From NCBI RefSeq assembly GCF_004010195.1, contig NC_057754.1:1942306-2006305 (forward strand): a DNA stretch of 64,000 nucleotides. Direction: 5' to 3'. Of the stretch, positions 23,172-35,728 are shown piece after piece. How positions within the stretch are numbered: the first letter of the stretch is position 1; each line of letters opens with the position of its first letter. This DNA is from Chiloscyllium plagiosum. Taxonomy: Eukaryota. A program made the translations under genes and the position numbers. Below the pieces are notes generated by a model that was given only the letters and a program-made list of their open reading frames with translations, did not search any database and was not told where the DNA came from.

Positions 23172-25200
23172 AGACCATAAAACATAGGAGTAGAATTAGG
23201 CCATTCAGCCCATCAAGTTTGCACCACCATTTGATCATGGCTGATGTTTTTCTTGACCCCATTCTCCTGCCTTATCCCCATAACCCTGGATTCTTTAACC
23301 AATCAAGAACCTATCTATATCTGTCTTAAATAAACTCAATGACTTGGCCTCGACAACCTTTGCAGCAATGAGTTCCACATATTCACCATCTACTGGCTGA
23401 AGAAATTCCTTCTCAATTTAATTCGAAAAGATTGTCCCTTCACTCTGAGGCTGTGCCCATGGGTCCTAGTCTCACCTACTAGTGGAAACATTCTCTCCAC
23501 ATCCACTTTATCCAGACCTCTGAGTGTTCTGTAGATTTCAATCAGATCCCTCCTAATTCTTCTCAACTCCATTAAGTACAGACCCAGAGTCATCCTCCAC
23601 TTGAACCTACTCTGGACCCTGCAGTCTGACCAGAGACTAACACAGCGTCAGCAATTCATTTCTGCTTTTATCTTCTAGTCCTCTTGAAATGAATGCTAAC
23701 ATTGTATTTGCCTTCCTAACTGCCAACTGAGCCTGCATATTAACCTTCGGACAATCCTGTACAAGGACCCCCAAGTGCCTTTCTGCTTCAGACTTCTGAT
23801 GTCTTTCCCTCTGTAAACAAAAGTCTTGATTCTTCCTACCAAAGTGCATATAGAGTCATAGAGATGTACGGAACGGAAACAGATCCTTCAGTCCAAAGAG
23901 TCCATGCCGACCAGATATCCCAACCCAATCTAGTCCCACCTGCCAGCACCTGGCCCATATCCCTCCAAATCCTTCCTATTCATGTATCCATCCAAATGCC
24001 TTTTAAATGTTGCAATTGTACCAGCCTCCACCACTTCCTCTGGCAGCTCATTCCAGACACGCACCACCCTCTGCGTGAAAAAGTTGCCTCTTAGGTCCCT
24101 TTTATATATTTCCCCTCTCACCCTAAACCTATGCCCTCTAGTTCTGGACTCACCCATCCCAGAAACAATACTTTGTCTATTTACCCTATCCATGCCCCTC
24201 ATGATTTTGTAAACCTCTATAAGGTCACCCCTCAGCCTCCGATGCTCCAGGGAAAACAGCCCCAGCACGTTCAGCCTCTCCGTATAGCTCAAATCCTCCA
24301 ACCCTGGCAACATCCTTGTAAATCTTTTCTGAACCCTTTCAAGTTTCACAACATCTTTCCGATAGGAAGGAGACCAAAATTGCACGCAATAGTACAACAA
24401 TGGCCTAACCAATGTCTTGTGTAGCCGCAAACATGACCTCCCAACTTCTGTACTCAATACTCTGACCGTAAAAGGAAAGCATACCAAATGCCTTCTTCAC
24501 TATCCTATTTACCTGTATATCTACCTATATATCCTCACACTTTCCCATATATATTCTATCTGTCACATTGCCCATTCTCCTTGCCTGTCCAAGTCCTTCT
24601 GCAGCCTTCCTGCTTCCTCAACACTACCTCCAACTATCTTTGTGTCATCTGCAAATTTAGCAACAATGTCCTCTGTTTCTTCATCAAAATTGTTAAGAGT
24701 TGTGATTCTAATATGGCCCCCTACAGATCTCCACTAGTCATCAGCTGCCATTCTAAAAAAAGACCCCTTTATCCCTACTGTCTGCCTTCTGCCTGCCAGC
24801 CAATCCTGTATCCATGTCACACCTTGCCCCAAATGTCACGAGCTTTTTTTAAAAAAATTAGAATTAGAATTAGAAACAGGCCCTTCGGCCCAACAAGTCT
24901 ATACCGACCCTCCTAAGAGAAATCCACCCAGCCCCATTCCTCTAACCTATATTTACCCCCGACTAATAACCTATTTAGCAGCCTCCTGTGTGGTACCGTG
25001 TCCAAGGCCTTCTGGAAATCCAAATAAGTCACATCCACTGGCTGTCCTTTGTCTAAATTGCTCGTTACCGCCTCAAAGAATTTGAACAGATTTCTAAGGT
25101 ATGACCTTTGCCTGATGAAGCCGTACTGGTTCAACCCTATTTTACCATGCAGTTCCATGTCCTCTGCAATCTCATCCTTAATGATGGTCTCTAAAATCTT
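23172..25200 (-). mobile_element. CR1 LINE remnant (RT to 3' end), interrupted by a younger CR1 and a SINE tail
   Basis: Minus-strand ORFs read 'NQYGFIRQRSYLRNLFKFFEAVTSNLDKGQPVDVTYLDFQKALDTVPHRRL', 'HFGRKN...LGVLVQ' and 'RRIRRDLIEIYRTLRGLDKVD'. Confidence 0.9.
23851..24515 (-). mobile_element. Younger CR1 (HER1-like) 3' fragment nested in the older CR1
   Basis: 185-aa ORF 'LVRPLLYYCVQFWSPSYRKDVVKLERVQKRFTRMLPGL...WNELPEEVVEAG' with a ctctatga tail. Confidence 0.95.
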
Positions 25201-25951
25201 TCTAGCTTGTTTGTGTATTGTCTGCAGAAGTTATGTCTTTAAGCTTTTTGATTGGAGGTGACATTCCATCTTCAACATATGAACATTCTCATAAAGGTGT
25301 AAATCAAAATAGGAGATGGAGATTCATTCCCCTCTGTAGGGAGGGGCAGGGTTAGTGGCTGGTTTAATTGGTTTTGAATCAGATGTTAATTTCAGCTCTG
25401 CTGACCTTTTTTAATCCAGGGTTGGTTACCCTGAATCTTGGTTACTTGTTGGGTGATGCCTGTGGCTATTCTAATTCTCCCTTTTTAAGATCATTTCAGT
25501 CCATGAAACTCCTAGATATTAAGTCGGATGATAACATTTAAAAATCAATAGTCCAATTTATATCTTATGCCACCATGTACATACAAGATTAGGAATTTAT
25601 TGTGACATTTTTGTAACATTCTCTGGACAGGCTGAACAATCTACTGTGTTTGTCTGTATGGCTGAATATGATGAGGATTTAGATTATTAGTGGTGTCATG
25701 AAATTATGTTTTTTTTCCCTGTGCATGTGAGAGTAGGGTTACACTTGTTTTAATTTGTTCCATCCATGTAGAAATTGCTGTTCAAAAAGTATTTTTAATT
25801 AACATGTTCAGACATGATGTGACACATTTCAATGGCAGGTAGGACTTGAACCCAGACCTCCTTGTCTAAGGGTAGAAATACTACTACTGTATCACGAGAC
25901 CCCAGACTGTTGCTCAGTGGCAACCAATGGTGTTGAAGAATACAAACTCTT

Positions 25952-26142
25952 CCAGTCCAAAGATGTGTAGATTAGGGTAGATCAACCATGCGAAATTGTC
26001 CATGTGTCAAGGATGTGCAGGCTAGGTGGGTTAGCCATGGGAAATGCGGGATTACAGGATGGGGTGGGAGGGGGGATGGGTCAATGTGGACTTGATGGAC
26101 CAAATGGCCTGCTTCCACAGTGAAGTGATTCTCTGATTCTCT
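25952..26142 (+). mobile_element. HE1-type SINE 3' half
   Basis: 'cagtccaaagatgtgtagattaggg...tggacttgatggaccaaatggcctgcttccaca'. Confidence 0.75.
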
Positions 26143-29100
26143 GATGTCGTCAATAGCTGGACTGCATCACTAAAAGGCTGATTATTTGGCCATTTTACAT
26201 ACTGCTGTTCACAGGACCTTAGTGTGTATGAATTAGCAGCTGTGCATTACTATGACTGCATGTCATGAGCAACCATAGTCCATTAAAGTGATTTTAAACA
26301 TCTTGAGATCAGGAAAGGTGCAATATGATACAATTTCTTTATTCAAGTGAAGAAGGAGATCAAACAAGAACCTGACTTCATGGAGTTCTGAAGGTGCAAG
26401 AGGCTTAAAAGCTGCTTTTTAGGGTGAGTTTATTGTCAAAGTATTCCCTGTGTATGTGTGCGAGACAGCATGTCATGTTATTTGTTGTTGATTTTGTGAG
26501 GGTGTATCTCTGTATCTTGTGAGGGAGTATCAGCCAATCTTGGTTGCTTAATAATACTCTTTAACATTAATTGGCAGAAGCTGATGCCATTTAGTAAGGG
26601 CTTTCTTTGCAGTGGAGATGTTTTTGCAGAAGTGCATAATTAGATAGTTCATGTCCTATGTATTACCCTCTACCTTAGAAAAAGGAATTGGTTACCCTTG
26701 GCCTTGTTTAAGTGCTCACAAAGTGTACTTTCAAATAGTTAAAATTCAATGTTTCCATTTATTCAACTGAAAACCAGAACTGGGGAGTGAGCATTCTGTT
26801 AAGTGAATAGCAATTATGTAAACATCAAAAAGCTCATTATTTGTAATTATCAACTCTGTTGCTCGACAAATAACATTTATTTGAATGAGAAACTAAACAG
26901 TAGTTACAAAAGTCCACAATGTGGGCGGAGGACAGCGATCACAGTAGAAAAGGACAGAGACTAAGTGGAAGGTAAGCTAAAGCCCTTCTGCTTTTCCTGG
27001 CCTACACAGATCTCTGGAATAGGAACTTAATTTCTGTAGCTGGCAGCTCTGGTCTCCAGTGCAAGCACCACTGGATAGCTCTCACACAGAAAAGCTCATG
27101 TGATAACTGTTAATTTTGGGATTGGGAGCCTAATGTTAACATATTAATGAGCTGCTCCATCTCTCTGCAGCAGATTGCCACACACTGCAAAAGCTTCCTC
27201 TCTGAACCCTGCCAGGAGTATCCCTCACATGCTTGCTTGTTTTCATTCTTCCACTGGTCGCAGTGGGAGGACAGTCAAAGCTACACAGGTAGCATCGGGT
27301 CAAGAATAAATAGAATGTATCCTGAAGTTGGTTAGACATTGTTGGCTTCTGATGAATTTCTAGAGTTTAGGTAGAGTTCTTGGTAGAATGCGTTGAATGT
27401 CACCCATGGAGTAAAACAATTTGAAAGGGTAAATTACTTCCGTTTTAATCTCCCTCATTGCATTTACCAGCTTGACCTTTGTAGATAATCAACCAAGTAA
27501 ATGTCAAATTATCCTCCATAGGAAAAGAGGGTAGGATTAATGACAGAATGAAGTCACAGTGCTCCTGTGCGCTTCCTGTCAGCTTGGTGAATTGTGGGGT
27601 TATTGGAAGTCAGGACACAGACTTCATTGAGCTTTTCGTTTCTCAGCAACATACTGTAAATTCTCAGTTTGTGTTCCTGGACTCTAGTGGTTTCAGCTTG
27701 TCTCCTTGAACTAGGAACAGGAAGGGATCTGTAAAGGATTCTCAGTCCTGATTGGTTTCCTTTACATCTCCTATAATCACTGTACTTCATGAGATGTGAA
27801 TTACAACATTGCAATAGAACCTAAGAAACTGTGTGAAAAGAGTTTTCAGATTCAAAGTGTGGTGGTGGAACAACAGGTTATTCCTAAGCCTTAGAAAGAA
27901 TGAAAATGTACAAAACATAAATTTGCCTTGGAAACAGATAAGAGAAAGTAGGCAGAATTTTATTAGTTATATGCTGGTCCTGATGCAACTGGAAGTATGC
28001 TGTATTCTTCCTTCTGGCTTTTTCCCATGTGATTGCCGTTCAAATTTAAGATGCTGACAGCATGTACCTGGAACACACAAGACCACAAAGTGAGGGAAGC
28101 TTCTCGCTGGGGAAATCAGCTATTGACAGGTACAAGTGGGCTATACAAAGCCTCCTTGTCAAACAGGGAGACTCTGCAACATGTCAAAAACTTTCCTGTT
28201 AAACTCCATTGACATTAACATAAGACTTATTAAGAGAACAAGAGCAAAGACTTGGGAGCAGAATTAGGCCATTTGGCCCGGTAAGCCATCTTTGCCATTT
28301 GATAAGATCATTGCTTTCTGACTGTGGTTTTAACCCCACTTTCCTGTCTGCCTGTCCAATATCCCTTAACTCCTTTCATGATCAAAATTCAATGTGACCC
28401 ATCTCCAAATTGATTCAATGACCCAGTCTCGACTATTTTCTGAGGAAGATTGAAAATAAGAAAAAAGCACAACAGCTTACACTGGGATTTATGAGTTCCT
28501 ATCTCTGTTCTTGCCTACAGGGCAGAACCCAAAAATTTCAGGCCACTGTGTTTAATTCTAGGCACTACCTTTTGGGAAAGATGCTAATCAGTTGAAGAGG
28601 ATGTACAGTGTACAATGTCCGAATGCTATCAGGAATGTGGGACCTCTAACAAGATGACACAGTTTGTTCCTTAAATGTAAATTTTACTAAATGTACATTA
28701 TACTGGTTTAATTTTGCACATCGTTACTTATTGACACTACCTTAGTTAGAGAGCTAGATGTGCTGACATAACTCATGCCTGGCCTGTGATTAAAATTACA
28801 ATGAGTATTTCCTTTATAGTGAAAAGAGCAATGTTTTGTTTTTGTGGTTTTTCTTTATTGAATGTTTATGTCAATGTGCAGCATTGTATTCACCATTCTG
28901 TGGGACATAGCTGAACTTTTCAAGTTCAGTTGAATCTCCCAATCACAAGGATGTTTTTGTGAACATTGTCAGTGGAGGTAATTGAAATGTTCTAAGTGTA
29001 CTCAAAGTCCTGTAACAACTCTATGAGCCAAAACTCTGAGATGAACCCACATGTACTGACCTTGCTCTTTAAGTCTCTAATTTCCTTACTTTGACTGACC

Positions 29101-30029
29101 CCACAAGTTTCCAACACATCCCAAACTCCAGACCCTTCCCTCCGACACTCCTTTTATGTCTCAGACTCCACCGTCAGACCTTTGGATCCCTATTCACCTC
29201 GACTTCACTCCCCTCCACAGATTCACCCTTGCAAATCCAAACTTCAGTGCAATCTGGTATTCTCCTCCTTCCCTCCCATGTGCTGTAGAGTTCAACAAGA
29301 AAGTTTACTAAACACAGGACAGCACAAAGTCAGCTGGTCATGCTGCTTTTAAACAACATGAAATGGGCACAAGGAGATGCTTGTGTGCTCGAGTCAAGAT
29401 TAGAGTGATGCTGGAAAAACACAGCAAGTCAGGCAACATCCGAGGATTGACTTTATTGTGAAGGTAGGACTTTGTAGTAAAATTTTATTGTAATTAATAT
29501 TCATAGAATGTAAATGTACAAAACCCATCACAGCATGAGCGCACCACAAACATTCTGCTAACTTGTCTAAACCTCTTAACCTGGAAAGTAAGGAAATGGC
29601 AATTTTGCATCCTGCCTAACTCAGTGACCCTGTAGGCCATGTTTCCCACAGTTACAGGCTCCATAAAATGCTCCCTGTTTTCTGTCTAGATTCCTCCCTT
29701 GATCTACCTTCTCAATTACAGCTTCTACATTAAATGTTTGCCCTCTCTGCAGTATGTCAGCCAAACTAATTCGTGCTGCTAATGAGTTTTCTCACAGACG
29801 GCGTGTGCACAAACACTGGTGGAACAAAATAATATGCTGGTGTTTATGTCCAAGGCCATAGAAAATGTTTTGAACAGTAGGAAACAATTAAAAACAAACA
29901 AACCTGCTTGAGGAACACTTACAGTTGTGTTACAAAACTTGTTTTATTTCTGCCACTGTTTCTTTCCTCGTTCTCTTGAATAGGTTGACTTCTGCTGAAA
30001 TGGATAAAATACTTAATTAATTCTTATGT

Positions 30030-30245
30030 GTGACGTGGGCAGCACTGGCAAGGCCAGCTTTTGTTAACCTTTCTTAGTTCCCCTCGAACTGAGTGCCTCT
30101 AGGACAGTTAAGAAACAATCACATCGCTGTGGGTCTGTGGTGACACATAGACCAGACCAGGTAAGAGCAGCGTATTTCTTTCCCTAGTGGGACATGAGTG
30201 AACTAGATGGATTTTACAATCATTGACAATGATTCAATGGTTGCC
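30030..30245 (-). mobile_element. SINE-like element of the 2480-2820 family, 3' part
   Basis: Reverse complement of the body and tail at 2640-2820. Confidence 0.6.
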
Positions 30246-30476
30246 AGTCACAGAATCACAGAATTGTTATTAGATTGTTATGCTAATGGAAAAAGCGACC
30301 ACTGCATAGTCCCGTGAAGATGAAATCTGTCTTCAAATTGAGAATACCCTCAATTGGTAACTATTGTTATCACAGTGCTAAATGGGATATGATTTGGCGA
30401 TGCCGGTGTTGGACTGGGATGTACAAAGTTAAAAATCATTCAGCAGGTTATAGTCCAATAGGTTTAATTGGAAGCA

Positions 30477-30511
30477 CACTAGCTTTCGGAGCGTCACTCC
30501 TTCATCAGGTG
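30477..30511 (-). ncRNA. Minimal hammerhead ribozyme (family C), intact
   Basis: The minus strand reads CAC-CTGATGA-A-GGAG-TGACG-CTCC-GAAA-GCTA-GTG: helix I CAC/GTG, helix II GGAG/CTCC, NUH = CUA, and palindromic AGCT in place of helix III. Confidence 0.8.
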
Positions 30512-30738
30512 ATTGTGGAGGACACAATTCTAAGGCACAGAATTTATAGCAAAAATTTACAGTGTGATGTAATTGAAATTATATATTGAAAAATACCTTG
30601 ATTGTCTGTTGAGTCTTTGATCGAACAGATGAAAGATTCAACAGACAATCAAGGTTTTTTTCAATGTCTAATCTCAGTTACATCACACTGTAAATTTTTG
30701 CTATAAATTCTGTGCCTTAGAATTGTGTCCTCCACAAT

Positions 30739-30773
30739 CACCTGATGAAGGAGTGACGCTCCGAAAACTAGTG
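30739..30773 (+). ncRNA. Minimal hammerhead ribozyme (family C), one substitution
   Basis: Sequence is CAC-CTGATGA-A-GGAG-TGACG-CTCC-GAAA-ACTA-GTG. Confidence 0.7.
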
Positions 30774-30864
30774 TGCTTCCAATTAAACCTGTTGGACTAT
30801 AACCTGGTGTTGTGTGATTTTTAACTAAATGGGATAGGTTTTGAAAAAAGATCACCTCAACTTT

Positions 30865-32410
30865 GCACATCCATTAGCAATGTTGGCCATCACCAGCAGC
30901 AGCAAAATTATATTCAACCACAATCTAACCTCATGGCTCAGTATATCTCCCAATCTACCATGATCACTAAGCCGAGAGAGGAACCTGGTTCAGTGCAAAG
31001 TGTGGGTACATGCAGCACAAGATATACATTAAATGAAGTGTCGATCTCATGTACCTACAGCACATGACTACCTGCATGCCAAACAGCAGAATCAGTAAGT
31101 AACAGACAGAGGTAAGAAATTCCACAACTGATGGATCATATTCAGGTTCCAGGTCCAGTCATGCTCAGCAATCAACAGTGGTGGACAAGTAAACAATCAG
31201 CAGGAGGAGAACACTTCATAAATATTCTCACTACAATGATAGGGTGCCCAGCACATCCGTGCAAAAGACAAGGCTGAAATATTTGTAACAACCTTCAGCC
31301 AGAAGTATCAAGTACATGATCCATCTCAGCTTTCTTCAGAGTCTCCAGCATCACAGGTGCCAGTATCCAGCCAATTTGATTAACTTCACATGAAATCAAG
31401 AAATGGCTGAACACACTGAATATTAGAAAGTCTTTGTGCCCTGATGACATAAAGGCAACAGCACTGAAGACCTTGGCAGAATTAGTTGAATCCCGAGCCA
31501 GGTTGTTCCACTAGTTCCAACACTGGCATTTTCACATCAATATGAAAAATGGTTGAGATGTCATATCTGCATAAAGCAGAATGACTTCAACTTGGCCATT
31601 TATTGTCTTATTATTTACACTCAGTTATCAACAGAATGATGGAAGGGGTTGGCCGACAGTGCCATTGAATGGCAATTGCCCAGTAATTATCTGCTTGTCG
31701 ATGCTTGAATGGGGTTTCATCTGTGCCATCTCACTCCTGAACCTACTTCGGCCTTGGTTCAAATGTGGACAAAAGAGCTGAACACCAGAAGGGAGATGAG
31801 TAACTGAATTCCCTCATTATCGACCTCCATTGACCAGAAATTGAACTTGACCAGCCATGCAAACATTGCAGCTACGAGAGAGGTCAGAGTCTAGGAAATT
31901 GGTGACAGATAATTCATTCCCTATCTCCTGAAAATATGTCCACGGAGTGTTATCCACTTGGCTAGATGGATACAGCATCAAAAACACTGAAAGAGCTAAA
32001 CATCATCCAAGGCAAAGCAGCTTGCTTCACTGGCATGTCATTCTAACAGCTTCAACATTAACTTTTCTCCAGCATCAACGCATAGTGGCAGCATGTGCAA
32101 TAACTCACCAAGGTTCTTGCAACAGCACTTCCTAACCTGCAAACTTGACAGCTTTGAAGGATAAGGGCAGCAGATGCATAGGAACACCACCAACTGCAAA
32201 TTCCCATCCTGACGAAGAATAGCTGTTCCTTCATTGTTGCTGGGTCAAATTCCTGGAACTTCCTTCGTAACTGTATTGTGGATGTTCCTATAATACCTAG
32301 GCCCTTCAGTGGTTCAAAAAGGCAGCTCAACATCATCATCTTATGGCCATTTTGGGATATGTAATAAATGCTGGCTCAGTCAGTGATGCTGATATCCTGG
32401 GAATATGAAA
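30865..32410 (+). mobile_element. CR1-clade LINE remnant (second family) with internal deletions
   Basis: Homologous to 18925-19250 and to 21125-21640, and it ends in the same 3' tail. Confidence 0.75.
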
Positions 32411-33038
32411 AATCGGTTGAGAGTATCACTATGGCACAGAAGCCAATTGGTGGCTGTGCCTTCAGTTGCCTTGGCCCTAAACTCTGGATTTTCCTCCCAA
32501 AACCACATTCCCCTTCTTCTTAGCATCTACATTTTTGTATAAGTTTTTGACCAGTGGCTCTAATTTTTTGCCTTACGTGGCCAGTTAGTCATTTATGCCT
32601 TATGATGCTCCTGTGAAGTGCCTTAGAAAATTTTATTCTGTTGAAAGCATAGATATCAGTTGTTTTTGTTCCTTTAAGCAGATGCCCTGAGGGGAGTTAT
32701 TACCTCAATGATATTAGCTCATTTATTGAAGTCTTTTTAAAAAAATTACAATGTTTTTGTGCACATCATGTTTGGGTTGTTAGTTTTAACTCTTGAGAAT
32801 GTCCAATGTTCATTCCTCATCTCAAAGTGAGATATTGGACAATAGTTTGCTTCATTGTGGTACAGTTTGGCTTTGTAACCAGCATTAATATCAAGCTGAT
32901 CAAACTGCCCTCCACTGCTCTTGAATTACATTAATGACCAAAATATCACTATTAATGGGACTGGAATGGACTGGTGCTTGCTGAATTAGTCTCAGACTCC
33001 ATAAAATACATCCTATTTCATCTCTAATCTTCCTTCCT

Positions 33039-33566
33039 TAGAGTCATAGAGATGTATAGCATGGAAACAGACCCTTCGGTCCAACTTGTCCATGATGACC
33101 AGATATCCTAAATTAACTTAGTCCCATTTGCCAGCACTTGGCCCATATCCCTCTAAACTCTTCCCTATTCATATACCCATTCAGATGCCTTTTAAATGTT
33201 GTAATTGTTCCAGCCTCCACCACTTCCTCTGGCACCTCATTCCATACGTGCACAACCCTTCGCAGAAAAATGTTGCCCCTTAGGTCTCTTTTAAATCTTT
33301 CCCTTCTCACCCTAAATCTATGCCCTCTAGTTCTGGACTCCCCCAACGCAGGGAAAAGAACTTGTCTGTTTAGCCTATCCATGCCGCTCATGATTTATAA
33401 ACTTCTATAAGGTCACTCCTCAACCTCCAACGCTCCGGGGAAAACAGCCCTAGCCTATTCACAGCCTCTCCCTAGAGCTCAAACCCTCCAACCCTGGCAA
33501 CATCCTTATAAGTCTTTTCACAATACCCTTCTTATGGAAGGGAGACCAGAATTGCACACAATATTC
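33039..33566 (-). mobile_element. CR1 (HER1-like) 3' fragment
   Basis: 'GESRTRGHRFRVRRERFKRDLRGNIFLRRVVHVWNEVPEEVVEAG'. Confidence 0.9.
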
Positions 33567-35509
33567 ACCCTTGCCAATTCCTCCCTGAATTTGTTGACAC
33601 ATTCCACTCTCATTGCTTCTCCAGGAATTCAGTTCAACATAATCAGAACACTCTCTATAAAGTAATTATATCTAAATGTGCCTCAGCTCCGAATTTCTTC
33701 CATTTGAATTGCTAGCTTAGGTATATATTGGTTGAACTGATTTTATTTCCATTTCCAACATTCATGTTTTCTTTATGTTGCTAGTGGGTGTAGATGTTAT
33801 TCTTTTTATTAATCCACTTCAAACCAATTGCAATAGCTGTGCTCTGTCAAGAAGAGGCTAAGCTGATTACAGATTATTCTGTAATTGAAAATTACTTATA
33901 AAAAGAGCTCCACCTTGATCTTGACTTTTAAACCAAATTCTGATCCTCCAGGGTGTGTGTTCTACTATGATCATGTTTTAATTTAAAAGCACTGAAGCAT
34001 TTGGAGCAATAATCAATTGGCTGTTGCATTTTTAGGTCCAATTTGCACAGCCTGAGACAGCAGAAAGAGTGAAGAGCCTTGGATGAACATCATATTGACA
34101 GCAAGGAGTCCATATGTTCTTTATGTGGCTGACTGTGATCACAGTATCATGGTTATTAACAGCTGCTTTTTTGGTAGCCATGCATTTTTCTTTGGCAGCC
34201 ATGACTTCTATTCTCTGTCAGTTATAGAGTTAGTAAGGCCTTAATTAGTCTGTAGCCAAGTTTGAAAGAAACAATGTAGGATGACTTTGTCATTGAATAT
34301 CACATCCTATTTTATTAAAACAATCAGAGGGGCTGTAATGGAATTGTTGAGCTACTGCTATTTTCATTCCAGCCAATATGGTGATTCTTGCTAATTCTGA
34401 CCTTCTTTCTTTGTTCTTCAAAAGCAAGTGGTTCTTTTGCTTTGGAAGCACTGTTATTGGTGTTTTGATTGGAAGTACAACCTGAGATATTTCCCTTCTC
34501 CCTCTGTGCGGAAAGACCTGACAGTCAGGTCTTTATGACAGTCATAATGACTTAGGTAGGTTTGAGAGCACACTGAGTACTGGAGGCCCCATCCCTGGTC
34601 CCACCTTACCATTCATCAAATTCCTCACTTTGCTGTTTCCTATCAAACAAATTAGTCATTGTTTGCACTTCCTCTGGATGAATGGGATCGAAGATGCAGA
34701 TATTTTTCAAATGACCTCGCATTAAGTAATTTCAGATAAGTTGCCTCAAATAATCTGTTTTGTGGTTTGGAGATCTGATTGGTCTCTACTGGAAAGGTGA
34801 CAGCTGGATGGCTATCATAGATAACTAAAAATGCCTGGAGCAACTTTACATTCAATCAATCCATTTACACAGAATCTCAACTATTACAATCAGGATTCAT
34901 TGTCCTGGGTGTTACAATGGCCAGATAGTTATTGGAGCAGTGCAGAATCGGCATTATGCCTCAGGACCCTGTGGAATTCCAGACACAGCAGACTCTGTGG
35001 GAATTGTCTGAGAAATTGAAGATTCTGATGGGCAATTCCTTGAATCTGGGACTCTCTTTGGTGGGGGGGGGGAGTAAAATCCTTAATGTCAGAGAATTCA
35101 GAGGGTTCTATGAGGATTCTGTTTCTGTTAAATGAATAGTTACCCAGAAAAGGTTAGATGTTTAAAAACCTAGCTGCCTTGTTTAGTTCCCTCTTATTAA
35201 GCTGATCCCCCAACTCACAATGCACAAACCCTCAACTACACATCTGCTGCAAATGGATACAATGTGACACTAACCCCATCTTGGGATGCCAAACCAATCC
35301 TGTTGTATCCGACTCTCTGCTGGCCCTCACAGCAACCTCTCCCCCTCAAATAAAAGAAAAGTCTGCATGAGTGCCAAGATTCGGCACCCAACCTACCAGC
35401 CACTGACTCTGATGCACTCCACAAATACTGATCCTGAAATCCCATCTGTCCACACCCCAACACCTTCCTCATCCACACCTCTCTGCATGCCAACCTTGTC
35501 ACTCCCCTT

Positions 35510-35728
35510 GGAGAAAATGACGACTGCAGATGCTGGAGATCAGAGTCAAAACTGTGGCGCTGGATAAGCACAGCCGGTTAGGCAGCATCCGGGGAGCAGG
35601 AGAGTCGACGTTTCGAGCATAAGCTTTTCATCTTACCTGATGAAGAACTTATGCTCAAAACGTCAACTCTCCTGCTCCTCGAATGCAGCCTGAGTGGATG
35701 AGTTTTTCCAGTGCTAGAGGTTTTGACA
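35510..35728. mobile_element. Fold-back PLE 3'-end insertion (HHR family A variant)
   Basis: Inverted arms meet near 35633 with back-to-back HHR cores: minus GATGA-AAAGC-TTAT-GCTC-GAAACGTC and plus CTGATGA-AGAAC-TTAT-GCTC-AAAACGTC. The TSD is unclear. Confidence 0.8.

Larger units (their letters stand above)
30390..30826. mobile_element. Large fold-back PLE terminal-repeat insertion (HHR family C)
   Basis: Inverted arms of about 195 bp (30427-30622 and 30628-30826). Perfect 12-bp TSD ctaaatgggata at 30378-30389 and 30825-30836. Confidence 0.9.

Noticed and set aside
23930..24487. 185-aa ORF as a host gene
   Set aside because: It is the C-terminus of a 5'-truncated CR1 ORF2 with many copies in the window.
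28911..28932. Small hairpins (also about 10730-10748 and 18590-18614) as terminators
   Set aside because: Stems of 8-10 bp are expected by chance in 64 kb of AT-rich DNA, and intrinsic terminators do not apply to this eukaryotic context.
32681..32760. Acceptor-like site followed by 'CPEGSYYLNDISSFIEV'
   Set aside because: There is no convincing donor and the polypyrimidine tract is the tail of an L2-like remnant, so this is likely chance.
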